Shown here one piece after another: positions 39,601 to 52,712 of a stretch of 64,000 bases of DNA (position 1 is its first letter; each line of letters begins with the position of its first letter). The notes beneath the pieces were generated by a model. It searched no databases and was not told the origin of the DNA. It saw only the letters and a program-made list of their open reading frames with translations. The position numbers and the translations under genes were made by a program. The DNA comes from Eledone cirrhosa (taxonomy: Eukaryota), in the NCBI GenBank assembly GCA_964016885.1, contig OZ024752.1, positions 47,182,001-47,246,000 on the forward strand. Reading direction: 5' to 3'.

Positions 39601-41672
39601 CTATCAAATAACGTTACTCTAAAGACATTTCAGAAGTAGCAGCTCTACCTGGAGTGACTCTCTGATCTCCAAGCCACACACTCTATCAAATAACGTTACT
39701 CTAAAGACATTACAGAAGTAGCAGCTCTACCTGGAGTGACTCTCTGATCTCCAAGCCACACACTCTATCAAATAATGTTACTCTAAAGACATTTCAGAAG
39801 TAGCAGCTCTACCTAGAGAGACTCTCTGATCTCCAAGCCACACACTCTATCAAATAACGTTACTCTAAAGACATTTCAGAAGTAGCAGCTCTACCTGGAG
39901 TGACTCTCTGATCTCCAAGCCACACACTCTATCAAATAACGTTACTCTAAAGACATTACAGAAGTAGCAGCTCTACCTGGAGTGACTCTCTGATCTCCAA
40001 GCCACACACTCTATCAAATAACGTTACTCTAAAGACATTTCAGAAGTAGCAGCTCTACCTAGAGTGACTCTCTGATCTCCAAGCCACACACTCTATCAAA
40101 TAACGTTACTCTAAAGACATTTCAGAAGTAGCAGCTCTACCTGGAGTGACTCTCTGATCTCCAAGCCACACACTCTATCAAATAACGTTACTCTAAAGAC
40201 ATTTCAGAAGTAGCAGCTCTACCTGGAGTGACTCTCTGATCTCCAAGCCACACACTCTATCAAATAACGTTACTCTAAAGACATTTCAGAAGTAGCAGCT
40301 CTACCTGGAGTGACTCTCTGATCTCCAAGCCACACACTCTATCAAATAACGTTACTCTAAAGACATTTCAGAAGTAGCAGCTCTACCTGGAGTGACTCTC
40401 TGATCTCCAAGCCACACACTCTATCAAATAACGTTACTCTAAAGACATTTCAGAAGTAGCAGCTCTACCTGGAGTGACTCTCTGATCTCCAAGCCACACA
40501 CTCTATCAAATAACGTTACTCTAAAGACATTTCAGAAGTAGCAGCTCTACCTGGAGTGACTCTCTGATCTCCAAGCCACACACTCTATCAAATAACGTTA
40601 CTCTAAAGACATTTCAGAAGTAGCAGCTCTACCTGGAGTGACTCTCTGATCTCCAAGCCACATACTCTATCAAATAACGTTACTCTAAAGACATTTCAGA
40701 AGTAGCAGCTCTACCTGGAGTGACTCTCTGATCTCCAAGCCACACACTCTATCAAATAACGTTACTCTAAAGACATTTCAGAAGTAGCAGCTCTACCTGG
40801 ATTGACTCTCTGATCTCCAAGCCACACACTCTATCAAATAACGTTACTCTAAAGACATTTCAGAAGTAGCAGCTCTACCTGGAGAGACTCTCTGATCTCC
40901 AAGCCACACACTCTATCAAATAACGTTACTCTAAAGACATTTCAGAAGTAGCAGCTCTACCTGGAGAGACTCTCTGATCTCCAAGCCACACACTCTATCA
41001 AATAACGTTACTCTAAAGACATTTCAGAAGTAGCAGCTCTACCTGGAGCGACTCTCTGATCTCCAAGCCACACACTCTATCAAATAACGTTACTCTAAAG
41101 ACATTTCAGAAGTAGCAGCTCTACCTGGAGCGACTCTCTGATCTCCAAGCCACACACTCTATCAAATAACGTTACTCTAAAGACATTTCAGAAGTAGCAG
41201 CTCTACCTGGAGCGACTCTCTGATCTCCAAGCCACACACTCTATCAAATAACGTTACTCTAAAGACATTTCAGAAGTAGCAGCTCTACCTGGAGTGACTC
41301 TCTGATCTCCAAGCCACACACTCTATCAAATAACGTTACTCTAAAGACATTTCAGAAGTAGCAGCTCTACCTGGAGTGACTCTCTGATCTCCCAGCCACA
41401 CACTCTATCAAATAACGTTACTCTAAAGACATTTCAGAAGTAGCAGCTCTACCTGGAGTGACTCTCTGATCTCCAAGCCACACACTCTATCAAATAACGT
41501 TACTCTAAAGACATTTCAGAAGTAGCAGCTCTACCTGGAGTGACTCTCTGATCTCCAAGCCACACACTCTATCAAATAACGTTACTCTAAAGACATTTCA
41601 GAAGTAGCAGCTCTACCTGGAGAGACTCTCTGATCTCCAAGCCACACACTCTATCAAATAATGTTACTCTAA
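36685..41672. repeat. Tandem array, 82-bp unit, about 60 copies, RTE-derived
   Basis: Spacing 36721 to 36803; the antisense strand reads VTLFDRVCGLEIRESLQVELLL, continuous with the adjacent RTE piece. Confidence 0.97.
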
Positions 41673-41949
41673 AAACCCTTTGAAGTAACCACATTTATTG
41701 GGTGTATTTTATGCTCATCTCTCATTACATTTACTTTTAGTGTTACAGTGCTTGTATATGTAGGCAGGCCTTTTATCATCATCATCAACACCGTTTTACG
41801 TCAATGTTTCCACGCTAGCATGGGTTAGACAGCTTGTCCTGTTGTGGTCAATGCTAGGTCAGGTGACCATGTCTTGCTCATACAGAACTGATTTTGACTT
41901 GGTTTTTACAGCTGGATGCCCTTCCTAACACCAACCTCATTGAGTACTG

Positions 41950-43720
41950 GGTGCTTTTTTTATTGTGGCGCCTACATGACCACTTTAGAGGGTGGACTGG
42001 GTGCTTTTTGTCATGACACCTACATGACCACTTTACAGGGTGGACTGGGTGCTTTTTGTCATGACACCTACATGACCACTTTACAGTGTGGACTGGGTGC
42101 TTTTTGTCATGACACCTACATGACCACTTTAGAGGGTGGACTGGGTACTTTTTGTCATGACACCTACATGACCAGTTTACAGTGTGGACTGGGTGCTTTT
42201 TGTCATGACACCTACATGACCACTTTACAGTGTGGACTGGGTACTTTTTGTCATGACACCTACATGACCAGTTTAGAGGGTGGACTGGGTACTTTTTGTC
42301 ATGACACCTACATGACCACTTTACAGGGTGGACTGGGTACTTTTTGTCATGACACCTACATGACCACTTTACAGTGTGGACTGGGTGCTTTTTGTCATGA
42401 CACCTACATGACCACTTTACAGGGTGGACTGGGTACTTTTTGTCATGACACCTACATGACCACTTTAGAGGGTGGACTGGGTACTTTTTGTCATGACACC
42501 TACATGACCACTTTACAGTGTGGACTGGGTGCTTTTTGTCATGACACCTACATGACCACTTTACAGTGTGGACTGGGTGCTTTTTGTCATGACACCTACA
42601 TGACCACTTTACAGTGTGGACTGGGTACTTTTTGTCATGACACCTACATGACCAGTTTAGAGGGTGGACTGGGTACTTTTTGTCATGACACCTACATGAC
42701 CACTTTACAGGGTGGACTGGGTACTTTTTGTCATGACACCTACATGACCACTTTACAGTGTGGACTGGGTGCTTTTTGTCATGACACCTACATGACCACT
42801 TTACAGGGTGGACTGGGTACTTTTTGTCATGACACCTACATGACCACTTTAGAGGGTGGACTGGGTACTTTTTGTCATGACACCTACATGACCACTTTAC
42901 AGTGTGGACTGGGTGCTTTTTGTCATGACACCTACATGACCACTTTACAGGGTGGACTGGGTGCTTTTTGTCATGACACCTACATGACCACTTTACAGGG
43001 TGGACTGGGTACTTTTTGTCATGACACCTACATGACCACTTTACAGTGTGGACTGGGTGCTTTTTGTCATGACACCTACATGACCACTTTACAGTGTGGA
43101 CTGGGTGCTTTTTGTCATGACACCTACATGACCACTTTACAGTGTGGACTGGGTGCTTTTTGTCATGACACCTACATGACCACTTTACAGGGTGGACTGG
43201 GTACTTTTTGTCATGACACCTACATGACCACTTTACAGTGTGGACTGGGTGCTTTTTGTCATGACACCTACATGACCACTTTACAGGGTGGACTGGGTGC
43301 TTTTTGTCATGACACCTACATGACCACTTTAGAGGGTGGACTGGGTACTTTTTGTCATGACACCTACATGACCACTTTAGAGGGTGGACTGGGTACTTTT
43401 TGTCATGACACCTACATGACCACTTTACAGTGTGGACTGGGTGCTTTTTGTCATGACACCTACATGACCACTTTACAGGGTGGACTGGGTACTTTTTGTC
43501 ATGACACCTACATGACCACTTTACAGTGTGGACTGGGTGCTTTTTGTCATGACACCTACATGACCACTTTACAGGGTGGACTGGGTGCTTTTTGTCATGA
43601 CACCTACATGACCACTTTACAGTGTGGACTGGGTGCTTTTTGTCATGACACCTACATGACCACTTTACAGTGTGGACTGGGTGCTTTTTGTCATGACACC
43701 TACATGACCAGTTTACAGTG
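41950..43720. repeat. Tandem array, 48-bp unit, about 37 copies, inside a SINE-like element
   Basis: Spacing 42001 to 42049; related units occur at 3470-3610, 24700-25075, 31160-31520 and 61421-62270. Confidence 0.95.
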
Positions 43721-44109
43721 GGAAGGGCGTGGAGGCATATTGTCTATATATATGGCATGTCACCAGCCAACTAGGATCTGTGTCATCTTCATGATGTTCA
43801 GTTTCTCAAGGTCATTCTTCACAACTTTGACCCATATCTTCCTCAGTCGGTATGTTTGTGTCTATTTCTTATGATCACGTCTATGCCTGAATTTATGTCT
43901 CATAACTTAGTGATTCAACAATAAAAGAAATTGGTAAAATAATTATCAGGCTTGAATAAATACATACTGGGATTGATATAATCAACTAAATTAAGGTGGT
44001 GTACCTTCACTGACTGAAACCAGAATAAAAGAATATATTCAATTATCTTTTTACTTTGATGTAAGATGATTTCATAGAGTTTATTATTCTTAGGTTGCTT
44101 GGTTGTTCA

Positions 44110-44616
44110 TCTTAACTATAATAAAGTAAGGAGTGTGGGACTGCGTCCAGAATATATGTTTTAATCTCGTTTGTAAAATAAGTTGGATTACTTTGAATAA
44201 ATAATGAATGAAAATTACATAATTTATCCACTAAATTTCGTAACTTTTGATTAAATATAAATAATTTTATTGCTTATTTTAAGATTCACTTCTTTAAAAT
44301 TTTCAAATGTCAACACTTCCGGTCAGTGTCCGTTATATTATAACATCGCTTATATAAATATTCATATATTTCTGTCGCTAATTTTCTCCTAATGCAGTTT
44401 ATATATAATATCGTCTTTTTTTTAATGTATCACGGATTATTTTCCTGATTACAGAAGAGAGGGTAACACAGTCTCTCTTCAATTTCCGTGCATATTGTCA
44501 ATTACAATTTTATTTGATATATCATATTTACATGTATATATATATTTGCATATAATATCAATATGCACACTACACTTGATAGCAGAAAACCACCCTTTGG
44601 GTGGTTTTTCTGTTAG
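44110..44616 (+). mobile_element. Non-autonomous Helitron, second copy
   Basis: Same 5' end and body as 32915; same hairpin; TTAG|T end. Confidence 0.72.
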
Positions 44617-44655
44617 TTCATTTAACCGAACTAATAATAAAATATTGTCTTCCAG

Positions 44656-44726
44656 GTAAAATGAAAATAGATCCGAATGAAACCAGACTTAAAACTATTT
44701 ACAGTTCAGAATCTCAAATTGACTGA
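44656..44726 (+). CDS. Tandem-VFT receptor putative last coding exon (short cytoplasmic tail)
   Basis: tcttccag| (G)KMKIDPNETRLKTIYSSESQID*; phase 1 matches exon 7; the only plausible non-repeat exon found before the NitFhit 3' end; ATTAAA follows near 44856. Confidence 0.6.
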
Positions 44727-44758
44727 TTACATGGATGAATAGAACATTGAAGCAGCTA

Positions 44759-46018
44759 CACTTTCAAAATACAAATTCTTTGAGTGTTGTAGTTTGCTTG
44801 AAGCTTTGTTGAATAGGAAATATAAATTTAAATAATTTTGAAAACCATACAATGCATTAAAAAATTAAAAGTGCCAAGATAACAATATAATCTTACCTTA
44901 GCAAATTCAATAATTCCACATTACTAACATGGGTCAGACGAGTTGTCCTGTTGTCAGAAATGCCAGGTCATGTGACCATGCCTTGCTCACACAGAACTAC
45001 TTCCTAACACCAACATGACCACTTTACAGTGTGGGCTGGGTGCTTTTTGTCAGGACACCAACATGACCACTTTACAGTGTGGGCTGGATGCTTTTTTTGT
45101 TGTGATACCAACATAACTTTGCAGTGTAAGGGTGATGTGGACAAAAATGGATGGGTGTTGAGGCACGGGGGTGTAAAGTGGTTAAGAGGTGCCTACTAGA
45201 TATGTTTGAGTCTGTGCACATAATTGGAGCAGTCTTTCTTGTCTCCCTTTTTGAAAATTGGTATTAGCACTCCCAATTGCCATTGCTTAAGTGCCTTTCC
45301 AGAGATCCAGGCCACCTGGCACACATGAGCCAGCCAGAGAAAACTCGAGATGTTAAAAGCTTTAAATAGAGAACGTATTCCCAGGCTGACTCATGTGTGC
45401 CAGGTGGCCTGGATCTCTGGAAAGGCACCTAAGCAATGGCAATTGGGAGTGCTAATCCCAATTTTCAAAAAGGGAGACAAGAAAGACTGCTCCAATTATA
45501 GAGGGATTGAAAACACGCCTTTCTATGTGCACAGACTCAAACATATCTAGTAGGCACCTCTTAACCACTTTACACCACCGTGCCTCAACACCCATCCATT
45601 TTTGTCCACATCACCCTTACACTGCAAAGTTATGTTGGTATCACAACAAAAAAAGTAAAGTGGTCATGTTGGTGTCCTGACAAAAAGCACCCAGCCCACA
45701 CTGTAAATTGGTCATGTTGGTGTCCTGACAAAAAGCACCCAGCCCACACTGTAAAGTGGTCATGTTGGTGTTAGGAAGTAGTTCTGTGTGAGCAAGGCAT
45801 GGTCACATGACCTGGCATTTCTGACAACAGGACAACTCGTCTGACCCATGTTAGTAATGTGGAATTATTGAATTTGCTAAGGTAAGATTATATTGTTATC
45901 TTGGCACTTTTAATTTTCTAATGCATTGTATGGTTTTCAAAATTATTTAAATTTATATTTCCTATTCAACAAAGCTTCAAGCAAACTACAACACTCAAAG
46001 AATTGTATTTTGAAAGTG
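44759..46018. repeat. Large inverted duplication downstream of the receptor stop codon
   Basis: Arms 44759-45335 and 45384-46018, 48-nt spacer; contains 3' flank, SINE-like and RTE pieces. Confidence 0.92.
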
Positions 46019-46350
46019 ATAAATTCACTGAAGAATTGAAGTTCTCAAGGCTGTATGATTACAGTAAAGTCTATGCTAACTCCCTGACAAGGAGATGTAG
46101 GGAGAGTGTCAAGCTTAAGCTAACTGATGAACAGTGTGGTTTTTGCTCCTGACAGCAGAGCTGACCAAATATTCACACTATGGCAGGTCTTTGAGAAATA
46201 ATGGCAGCACTGCCATGAGCAATATCCTTGCTTTGTAGACTTTGAAAAGGTATATAACCGCATTCTGCAGGACTTGCTATGGAAGGTGCTGCAGGAGCAT
46301 GGGTTCGAAGGCCAGCTTACTGTTGTTCTGTACAAATGCCCAAGTATTTG
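45340..46350 (+). mobile_element. RTE LINE RT fragment interrupted by the inverted duplication
   Basis: LIPIFKKGDKKDCSNYRGI, then after about 46060 EQCGF..DQIFTL..FVDFEKVY. Confidence 0.8.
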
Positions 46351-46479
46351 TGTTTAGATAAATGGTGCACCATTTAGCTGGATCAGATGGAGATGGTTGC
46401 TGGAAGCAGTGTTTGAGGACTCTGCCACAATGACCCTCTCAGGAATAAGTGGGTGAAAAAGAAGAGAGAAGAAGGGAAA

Positions 46480-46565
46480 AAAATATTTCATTTCATCTTT
46501 ATTTTTCTTCTCAAGATGATTTAATTCATAACATCTGTACATGAAACTGCATTAGCAAAACATTC
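46480..46565 (-). other. NitFhit: Candidate non-coding terminal exon of NitFhit
   Basis: Donor AG|gtaagt at 48136, 18 nt after the stop; polypyrimidine acceptor ttttatatttttcag ending at 46566; AATAAA at 46503-46498. Confidence 0.5.
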
Positions 46566-48154
46566 CTGAAAAATATAAAAAAAAAAACAGCACTATGACT
46601 GTATCACATTAAAAATGAAAGTCTTTGGCCAAATATTTGGCCAAATTTTTCACAAAGATCTGTCTATTATAAACATTTGAATTAATAAACTCATTTTTAG
46701 ATATTTTGTAATAAATCATTAGAGGATGTTGAGAATTTTTCCCTTCCCATGAGAATTTTGACTGTCATCCAGTGCTGTCACCATCACACTTTTCAGTTGC
46801 TATCCAGCACTAGCTCTCTCCAACCATGACACATCCTATTAGTCAATCTCCTCCATCATCAACATCATTTTATGTCCGCTTTTCCCTGCTTGAAAGAGTG
46901 GGACGGGTCCTATTCAGCACAGCATCTCCCCATCTGTCACGGTCCTTCGTCATCTCCTCCGTGAGCTTCATCGATCTAAGGTCTGCTTTCACTCTTTAGT
47001 CTTGTTGAGAAAATAACAACCTCTCTAGTGCTGCTACCATATCTAAATGTAGAAACCATGAAGAAGGGCATCCTGTCACAAAACCCCATGTCAAAAGTTG
47101 AAATGTAGGAGTGAGATGTGGTCCAATGGATATAAAATGATGGAAACTCCTATCAAAATCAAGAAACATATTGTCAAAATGCCAACCACTCCATAATTGA
47201 TAGATCTAATTCACAACAATAGAATATTTTGATCCTGCACAGGAAATAAAATTTCTCTGGTTATATAATAAGTAAAATAGTTTGTTGGATTGTTGTTGTT
47301 AGGAGAAAAATATGGAAACTTTTACTAAATGATAAAAGAAGACTTACTTTTATATATATGGTTTTAACTGTCTTGATACCAAACCATCCGAAACCACCTC
47401 AATATGTTTCTAGTACAATTATGGGCAAACTGAAGCCTGTTTAGCTTTCTGAATGGTATGCCTAATTTCAAAACTGCCTTGAATTTTTTGGCAGTGTGGC
47501 CCGTCATATGATCAGACACATCCTATGCAGCCCACTGCACAAAAAGGTTGCCCAAGCTTCTGCTAGTATATAGTTTTTAGAAAGATATAAACACTTTAAA
47601 ATAAACAGCTAAGTATCATAAAACCAAAGGTGGTTTCACCATAGCCAGCTGGTTAAGAACTTTGCTTCACAATCATGAGCTCCCAGGTTTGGTCTCACTG
47701 CCTCGCATCAAGGGCAAGTGTCTTTTCCTATAACATTTGAATAAGAACCAAACCTTATGAGTGAAATTAAAATTGGGTAGACAGAAATTGTGTGGAAGCC
47801 TGTCAAATTAACTGTATCTGTAATTCAAAGGGCCAGATTTGTTAGACACTGGGTCACGCTCTTCTTCTTCTTCCCTCACTTATTCCTGAGAGGGTCGTGG
47901 GGGAAGGGTCCTCAAACTCTCCTTCCAGCAGGTCCTGTCAGAAGCAACCATCTCCAACTGATCCGGCTGGATCTCCAGGCTTGACCTTCAGGGAGGTGCA
48001 CCCTCACGAGGTCGAGAGAATACTTTGCTGATTTCCTAAACCCGATCACAACAGCATCTTCGGATGTACACAAGGTGTATCTGGGAATGGTGACTAATCT
48101 TGGTCACATTAAATATCTAAAATATATAAAACTTACCTATATGTTTCAAATGCT

Positions 48155-48250
48155 CTATGTGAAGTAACTACGAAGTTCCTTAGCCTCTGCTTCCATTTCT
48201 TCAGAACTTCTCAACTTTAATTCTTTGTCCTGCTTCTGATTCTCATCCAA
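48155..48250 (-). CDS. NitFhit: NitFhit last coding exon
   Basis: LDENQKQDKELKLRSSEEMEAEAKELRSYFT*, like FHIT RSEEEMAAEAAALRVYF. Confidence 0.93.
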   Translation of the reverse strand: MDENQKQDKELKLRSSEEMEAEAKELRSYFT

Positions 48251-48284
48251 CTATAAACAGAAACAAATACACACAAACACATCA

Positions 48285-50150
48285 CAATAATTGTTTCTAC
48301 TTTTGGCACAAGGCCAGCAATTACCCCAGTGTATTACTGGTACTTTATTTTTATGATGATGACAATAATTGTTTCTACTTTTGACACAAGGCCAGCAATT
48401 ACCCCCAGTGCATTACTGGTACTTTATTTTTATGATGATGACAATAATTGTTTCTACTTTTGGCACAAGGCCAGCAATTATCCCAGTGCATTACTGGTAC
48501 TTTATTTTTATGATGATGACAATAATTGTTTCTACTTTTGGCACAAGGCCAGCAATTATCCCAGTGCATTACTGGTACTTTATTTTTATAATGATGACAA
48601 TAATTGTTTCTACTTTTGGCGCAAGGCCAGCAATTACCCCAGTGCATTACTGGTACTTTATTTTTATGATGATGACAATAATTGTTTCTACTTTTGGCAC
48701 AAGGCCAGCAATTACCCCAGTGCATTACTGGTACTTTATTTTTATGATGATGACAATAATTGTTTCTACTTTTGGCACAAGGCCAGCAATTACCCCAGTG
48801 CATTACTGGTACTTTATTTTTATGATGATGACAATAATTGTTTCTACTTTTGGCACAAGGCCAGCAATTACCCCAGTGCATTACTGGTACTTTATTTTTA
48901 TGATGATGCCAATAATTGTTTCTACTTTTGGCACAAGGCCAGCAATTACCCCCAGTGCATTACTGGTACTTTATTTTTATGATGATGACAATAATTGTTT
49001 CTACTTTTGGCACAAGGCCAGCAATTACCCCAGTGTATTACTGGTACTTTATTTTTATGATGATGACAATAATTGTTTCTACTTTTGGCACAAGGCCAGC
49101 AATTACCCCAGTGCATTACTGGTACTTTATTTTTATGATGATGACAATAATTGTTTCTACTTTTGGCGCAAGGCCAGCAATTACCCCCAGTGCATTACTG
49201 GTACTTTATTTTTATGATGATGACAATAATTGTTTCTACTTTTGGCACAAGGCCAGCAATTACCCCAGTGCATTACTGGTACTTTATTTTTATGATGATG
49301 ACAATAATTGTTTCTACTTTTGGCACAAGGCCAGCAATTATCCCAGTGTATTACTGGTACTTTATTTTTATGATGATGACAATAATTGTTTCTACTTTTG
49401 GCACAAGGCCAGCAATTATCCCAGTGTATTACTGGTACTTTATTTTTATGATGATGACAATAATTGTTTCTACTTTTGGCGCAAGGCCAGCAATTACCCC
49501 CAGTGCATTACTGGTACTTTATTTTTATGATGATGACAATAATTGTTTCTACTTTTGGCACAAGGCCAGCAATTACCCCAGTGTATTACTGGTACTTTAT
49601 TTTTATGATGATGACAATAATTGTTTCTACTTTTGACACAAGGCCAGCAATTACCCCCAGTGCATTACTGGTACTTTATTTTTATGATGATGCCAATAAT
49701 TGTTTCTACTTTTGGCACAAGGCCAGCAATTACCCCAGTGCATTACTGGTACTTTATTTTTATGATGATGACAATAATTGTTTCTACTTTTGGCACAAGG
49801 CCAGCAATTATCCCAGTGCATTACTGGTACTTTATTTTTATGATGATGACAATAATTGTTTCTACTTTTGGCGCAAGGCCAGCAATTATCCCAGTGTATT
49901 ACTGGTACTTTATTTTTATGATGATGACAATAATTGTTTCTACTTTTGGCACAAGGCCAGCAATTATCCCAGTGCATTACTGGTACTTTATTTTTATGAT
50001 GATGCCAATAATTGTTTCTACTTTTGGCACAAGGCCAGCAATTACCCCCAGTGCATTACTGGTACTTTATTTTTATGATGATGACAATAATTGTTTCTAC
50101 TTTTGGCGCAAGGCCAGCAATTATCCCAGTGCATTACTGGTACTTTATTT
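48285..50150. repeat. Tandem array, 78-79-bp unit, about 24 copies, SINE 3' segment
   Basis: Runs into the rest of the SINE at 50150-50235. Confidence 0.95.
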
Positions 50151-50406
50151 TATCGACCCCGTGAGGATGAAAGGCAAAGTTAACCTTGGCAGGATTTGAA
50201 CTCAGACGTAAAGGGACGTAACTCTATGCCGCAAATCATCACAATAATGAACATTTCTCATTTTCATTTTACATTGATACCGAAAATTCAAGTTGTGAAA
50301 CCAGCAAACCAATAAATAAACCTTATGGTTCAAGGTGAAAAGCAGGCATAATACGTTGACGACAATGATGATGATAACAGACAAAAGAATATTCATTAAG
50401 ACCTAC

Positions 50407-50475
50407 CTTCTTGTATATATTATCATTTTCTGAGAAGTCTCCTTCAAATCTTGGAATTATATGAATATGGACATG
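50407..50475 (-). CDS. NitFhit: NitFhit exon (histidine triad)
   Basis: HVHIHIIPRFEGDFSENDNIYKK contains the HxHxH HIT motif. Confidence 0.96.
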
Positions 50476-51272
50476 CTGTAAGAAATTGAATAATATATCA
50501 GGATTAATAATTCTTTATAAATAACAAATAGTTATCACTCTACATGGCTGAATACAATAAATGTAATCTGCAGTTCTGTTTACATGCCAACACAAGAGCA
50601 AGAATGAGGAGCTCATTCTACTGACATGGCTTAAAAGAAGTTGTTTGCATAATTGCAACCAAATCGAATGGTGGATTGGCAGTATTGGGAGAGGGTCGGA
50701 CGCCATGCTTTGACGTATAGAGTTACGGCCCTTGCCATTCTGAGTTCAAATCCCGCCGAGGTCAACTTTGCCTTTCATCCTTACAGGGTCGATAAAATAA
50801 AGTACCAGTAATACACTGGGATAATTGCTGGCCTTGTGCCAAAAGTAGAAACAATTATATTATTATTGATATTTGAAAAACTCAGATTACAATAATTCTT
50901 TAAATATAAAAAAAAATCTTTATATATAATAAAGGGAGGACTGCTTGCATATTATAATATATTATGCAACAACACAACAATTCTTTTGAAGCCATTTTTC
51001 CTGTTAAAGCAAAGTTAACTTTGGGAATGCCATAACAGGTTTAAGGCCATTTTTCTTTGTTAAAGCAAACATACAGGCATGCGTGCATGTGTACCTATAT
51101 ACATATATACATACACACATACATGCACTAAATCAACTTTAATCTCGCCAGAAAATGAGGTAGGCAGTTGGTGATTGAAGGCTTTTAGATAAATATATAC
51201 ACTTAAAAACAAACGGTTTCGTTTTCAAAAGTTTAATTAAAAATTACAGATTCAAAAACAGATTAGACTTAC

Positions 51273-51448
51273 TTTCACAGACTGTCCTGCTTCTTGGCCA
51301 TCTTGAATTCCAAAAGTTAGAGAAGTACCACCAAAATGTTTTTTGACCACATCACCAACTTTACGAGCTGTACACCAAAGTTCAGATGTTTGCTCATCAT
51401 TTAACTCAGAAAATCTAGAAACAACTGACTTTGTACTGACTAAGACAT
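51273..51448 (-). CDS. NitFhit: NitFhit exon (Fhit)
   Basis: (H)VLVSTK..RFSEL..TSLTFGIQDGQEAGQSVK, matching FHIT QDGPEAGQTVK. Confidence 0.95.
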
Positions 51449-51534
51449 CTTCAGTAAAAACATTAAGGAAAAGGCTAGAATGTTTCAACAGAAATTGACA
51501 CAAAAGGAGCTGAACAATACATTGGACCAAGGAA

Positions 51535-52712
51535 ACAATGTTACCATTGGTCTTTCCATTGTAAAGACTATCTGCTAGGTCCCCAATGTTACCATTAGTC
51601 TTTCCATTGTAAAGACTATCTGCTAGGTCCCCAATGTTACCATTGGTCTTTCCATTGTAAAGACTATCTGCTAGGTCCCCAATGTTACCATTGGTCTTTC
51701 CATTGTAAAGACTATCTGCTAGGTCCCCAATGTTACCATTGGTCTTTCCATTGTAAAGACTATCTGCTAGGTCCCCAATGTTACCATTAGTCTTTCCATT
51801 GTAAAGACTATCTGCTAGGTCCCCAATGTTACCATTAGTCTTTCCATTGTAAAGACTATCTGCTAGGTCCCCAATGTTACCATTGGTCTTTCCATTGTAA
51901 AGACTATCTGCTAGGTCCCCAATGTTACCATTGGTCTTTCCATTGTAAAGACTATCTGCTAGGTCCCCAATGTTACCATTAGTCTTTCCATTGTAAAGAC
52001 TATCTGCTAGGTCCCCAATGTTACCATTAGTCTTTCCATTGTAAAGACTATCTGCTAGGTCCCCAATGTTACCATTGGTCTTTCCATTGTAAAGACTATC
52101 TGCTAGGTCCCCAATGTTACCATTGGTCTTTCCATTGTAAAGACTATCTGCTAGGTCCCCAATGTTACCATTGGTCTTTCCATTGTAAAGACTATCTGCT
52201 AGGTCCCCAATGTTACCATTAGTCTTTCCATTGTAAAGACTATCTGCTAGGTCCCCAATGTTACCATTGGTCTTTCCATTGTAAAGACTATCTGCTAGGT
52301 CCCCAATGTTACCATTAGTCTTTCCATTGTAAAGACTATCTGCTAGGTCCCCAATGTTACCATTAGTCTTTCCATTGTAAATACTATCTGCTAGGTCCCC
52401 AATGTTACCATTAGTCTTTCCATTGTAAAGACTATCTGCTAGGTCCCCAATGTTACCATTAGTCTTTCCATTGTAAAGACTATCTGCTAGGTCCCCAATG
52501 TTACCATTAGTCTTTCCATTGTAAAGACTATCTGCTAGGTCCCCAATGTTACCATTGGTCTTTCCATTGTAAAGACTATCTGCTAGGTCCCCAATGTTAC
52601 CATTGGTCTTTCCATTGTAAAGACTATCTGCTAGGTCCCCAATGTTACCATTAGTCTTTCCATTGTAAAGATTATCTGCTAGGTCCCCAATGTTACCATT
52701 AGTCTTTCCATT
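51535..52712. repeat. Tandem array, 48-bp unit, about 24 copies
   Basis: CCCCAATGTTACCATTRGTCTTTCCATTGTAAAGACTATCTGCTAGGT. Confidence 0.95.

Noticed and set aside
36685-41672. CRISPR-like regular array
   Set aside because: Head-to-tail near-identical units with no unique spacers; eukaryotic context, no cas genes
41916-43874. 652-aa ORF of 16-aa Cys/His repeats
   Set aside because: Product of a stop-free 48-bp minisatellite inside a SINE-like element; its start (MPFLTPTS) recurs in other SINE copies
48329-50199. Overlapping repetitive ORFs of 100-280 aa
   Set aside because: Translations of a 78-bp SINE-derived array with recurrent frameshifts
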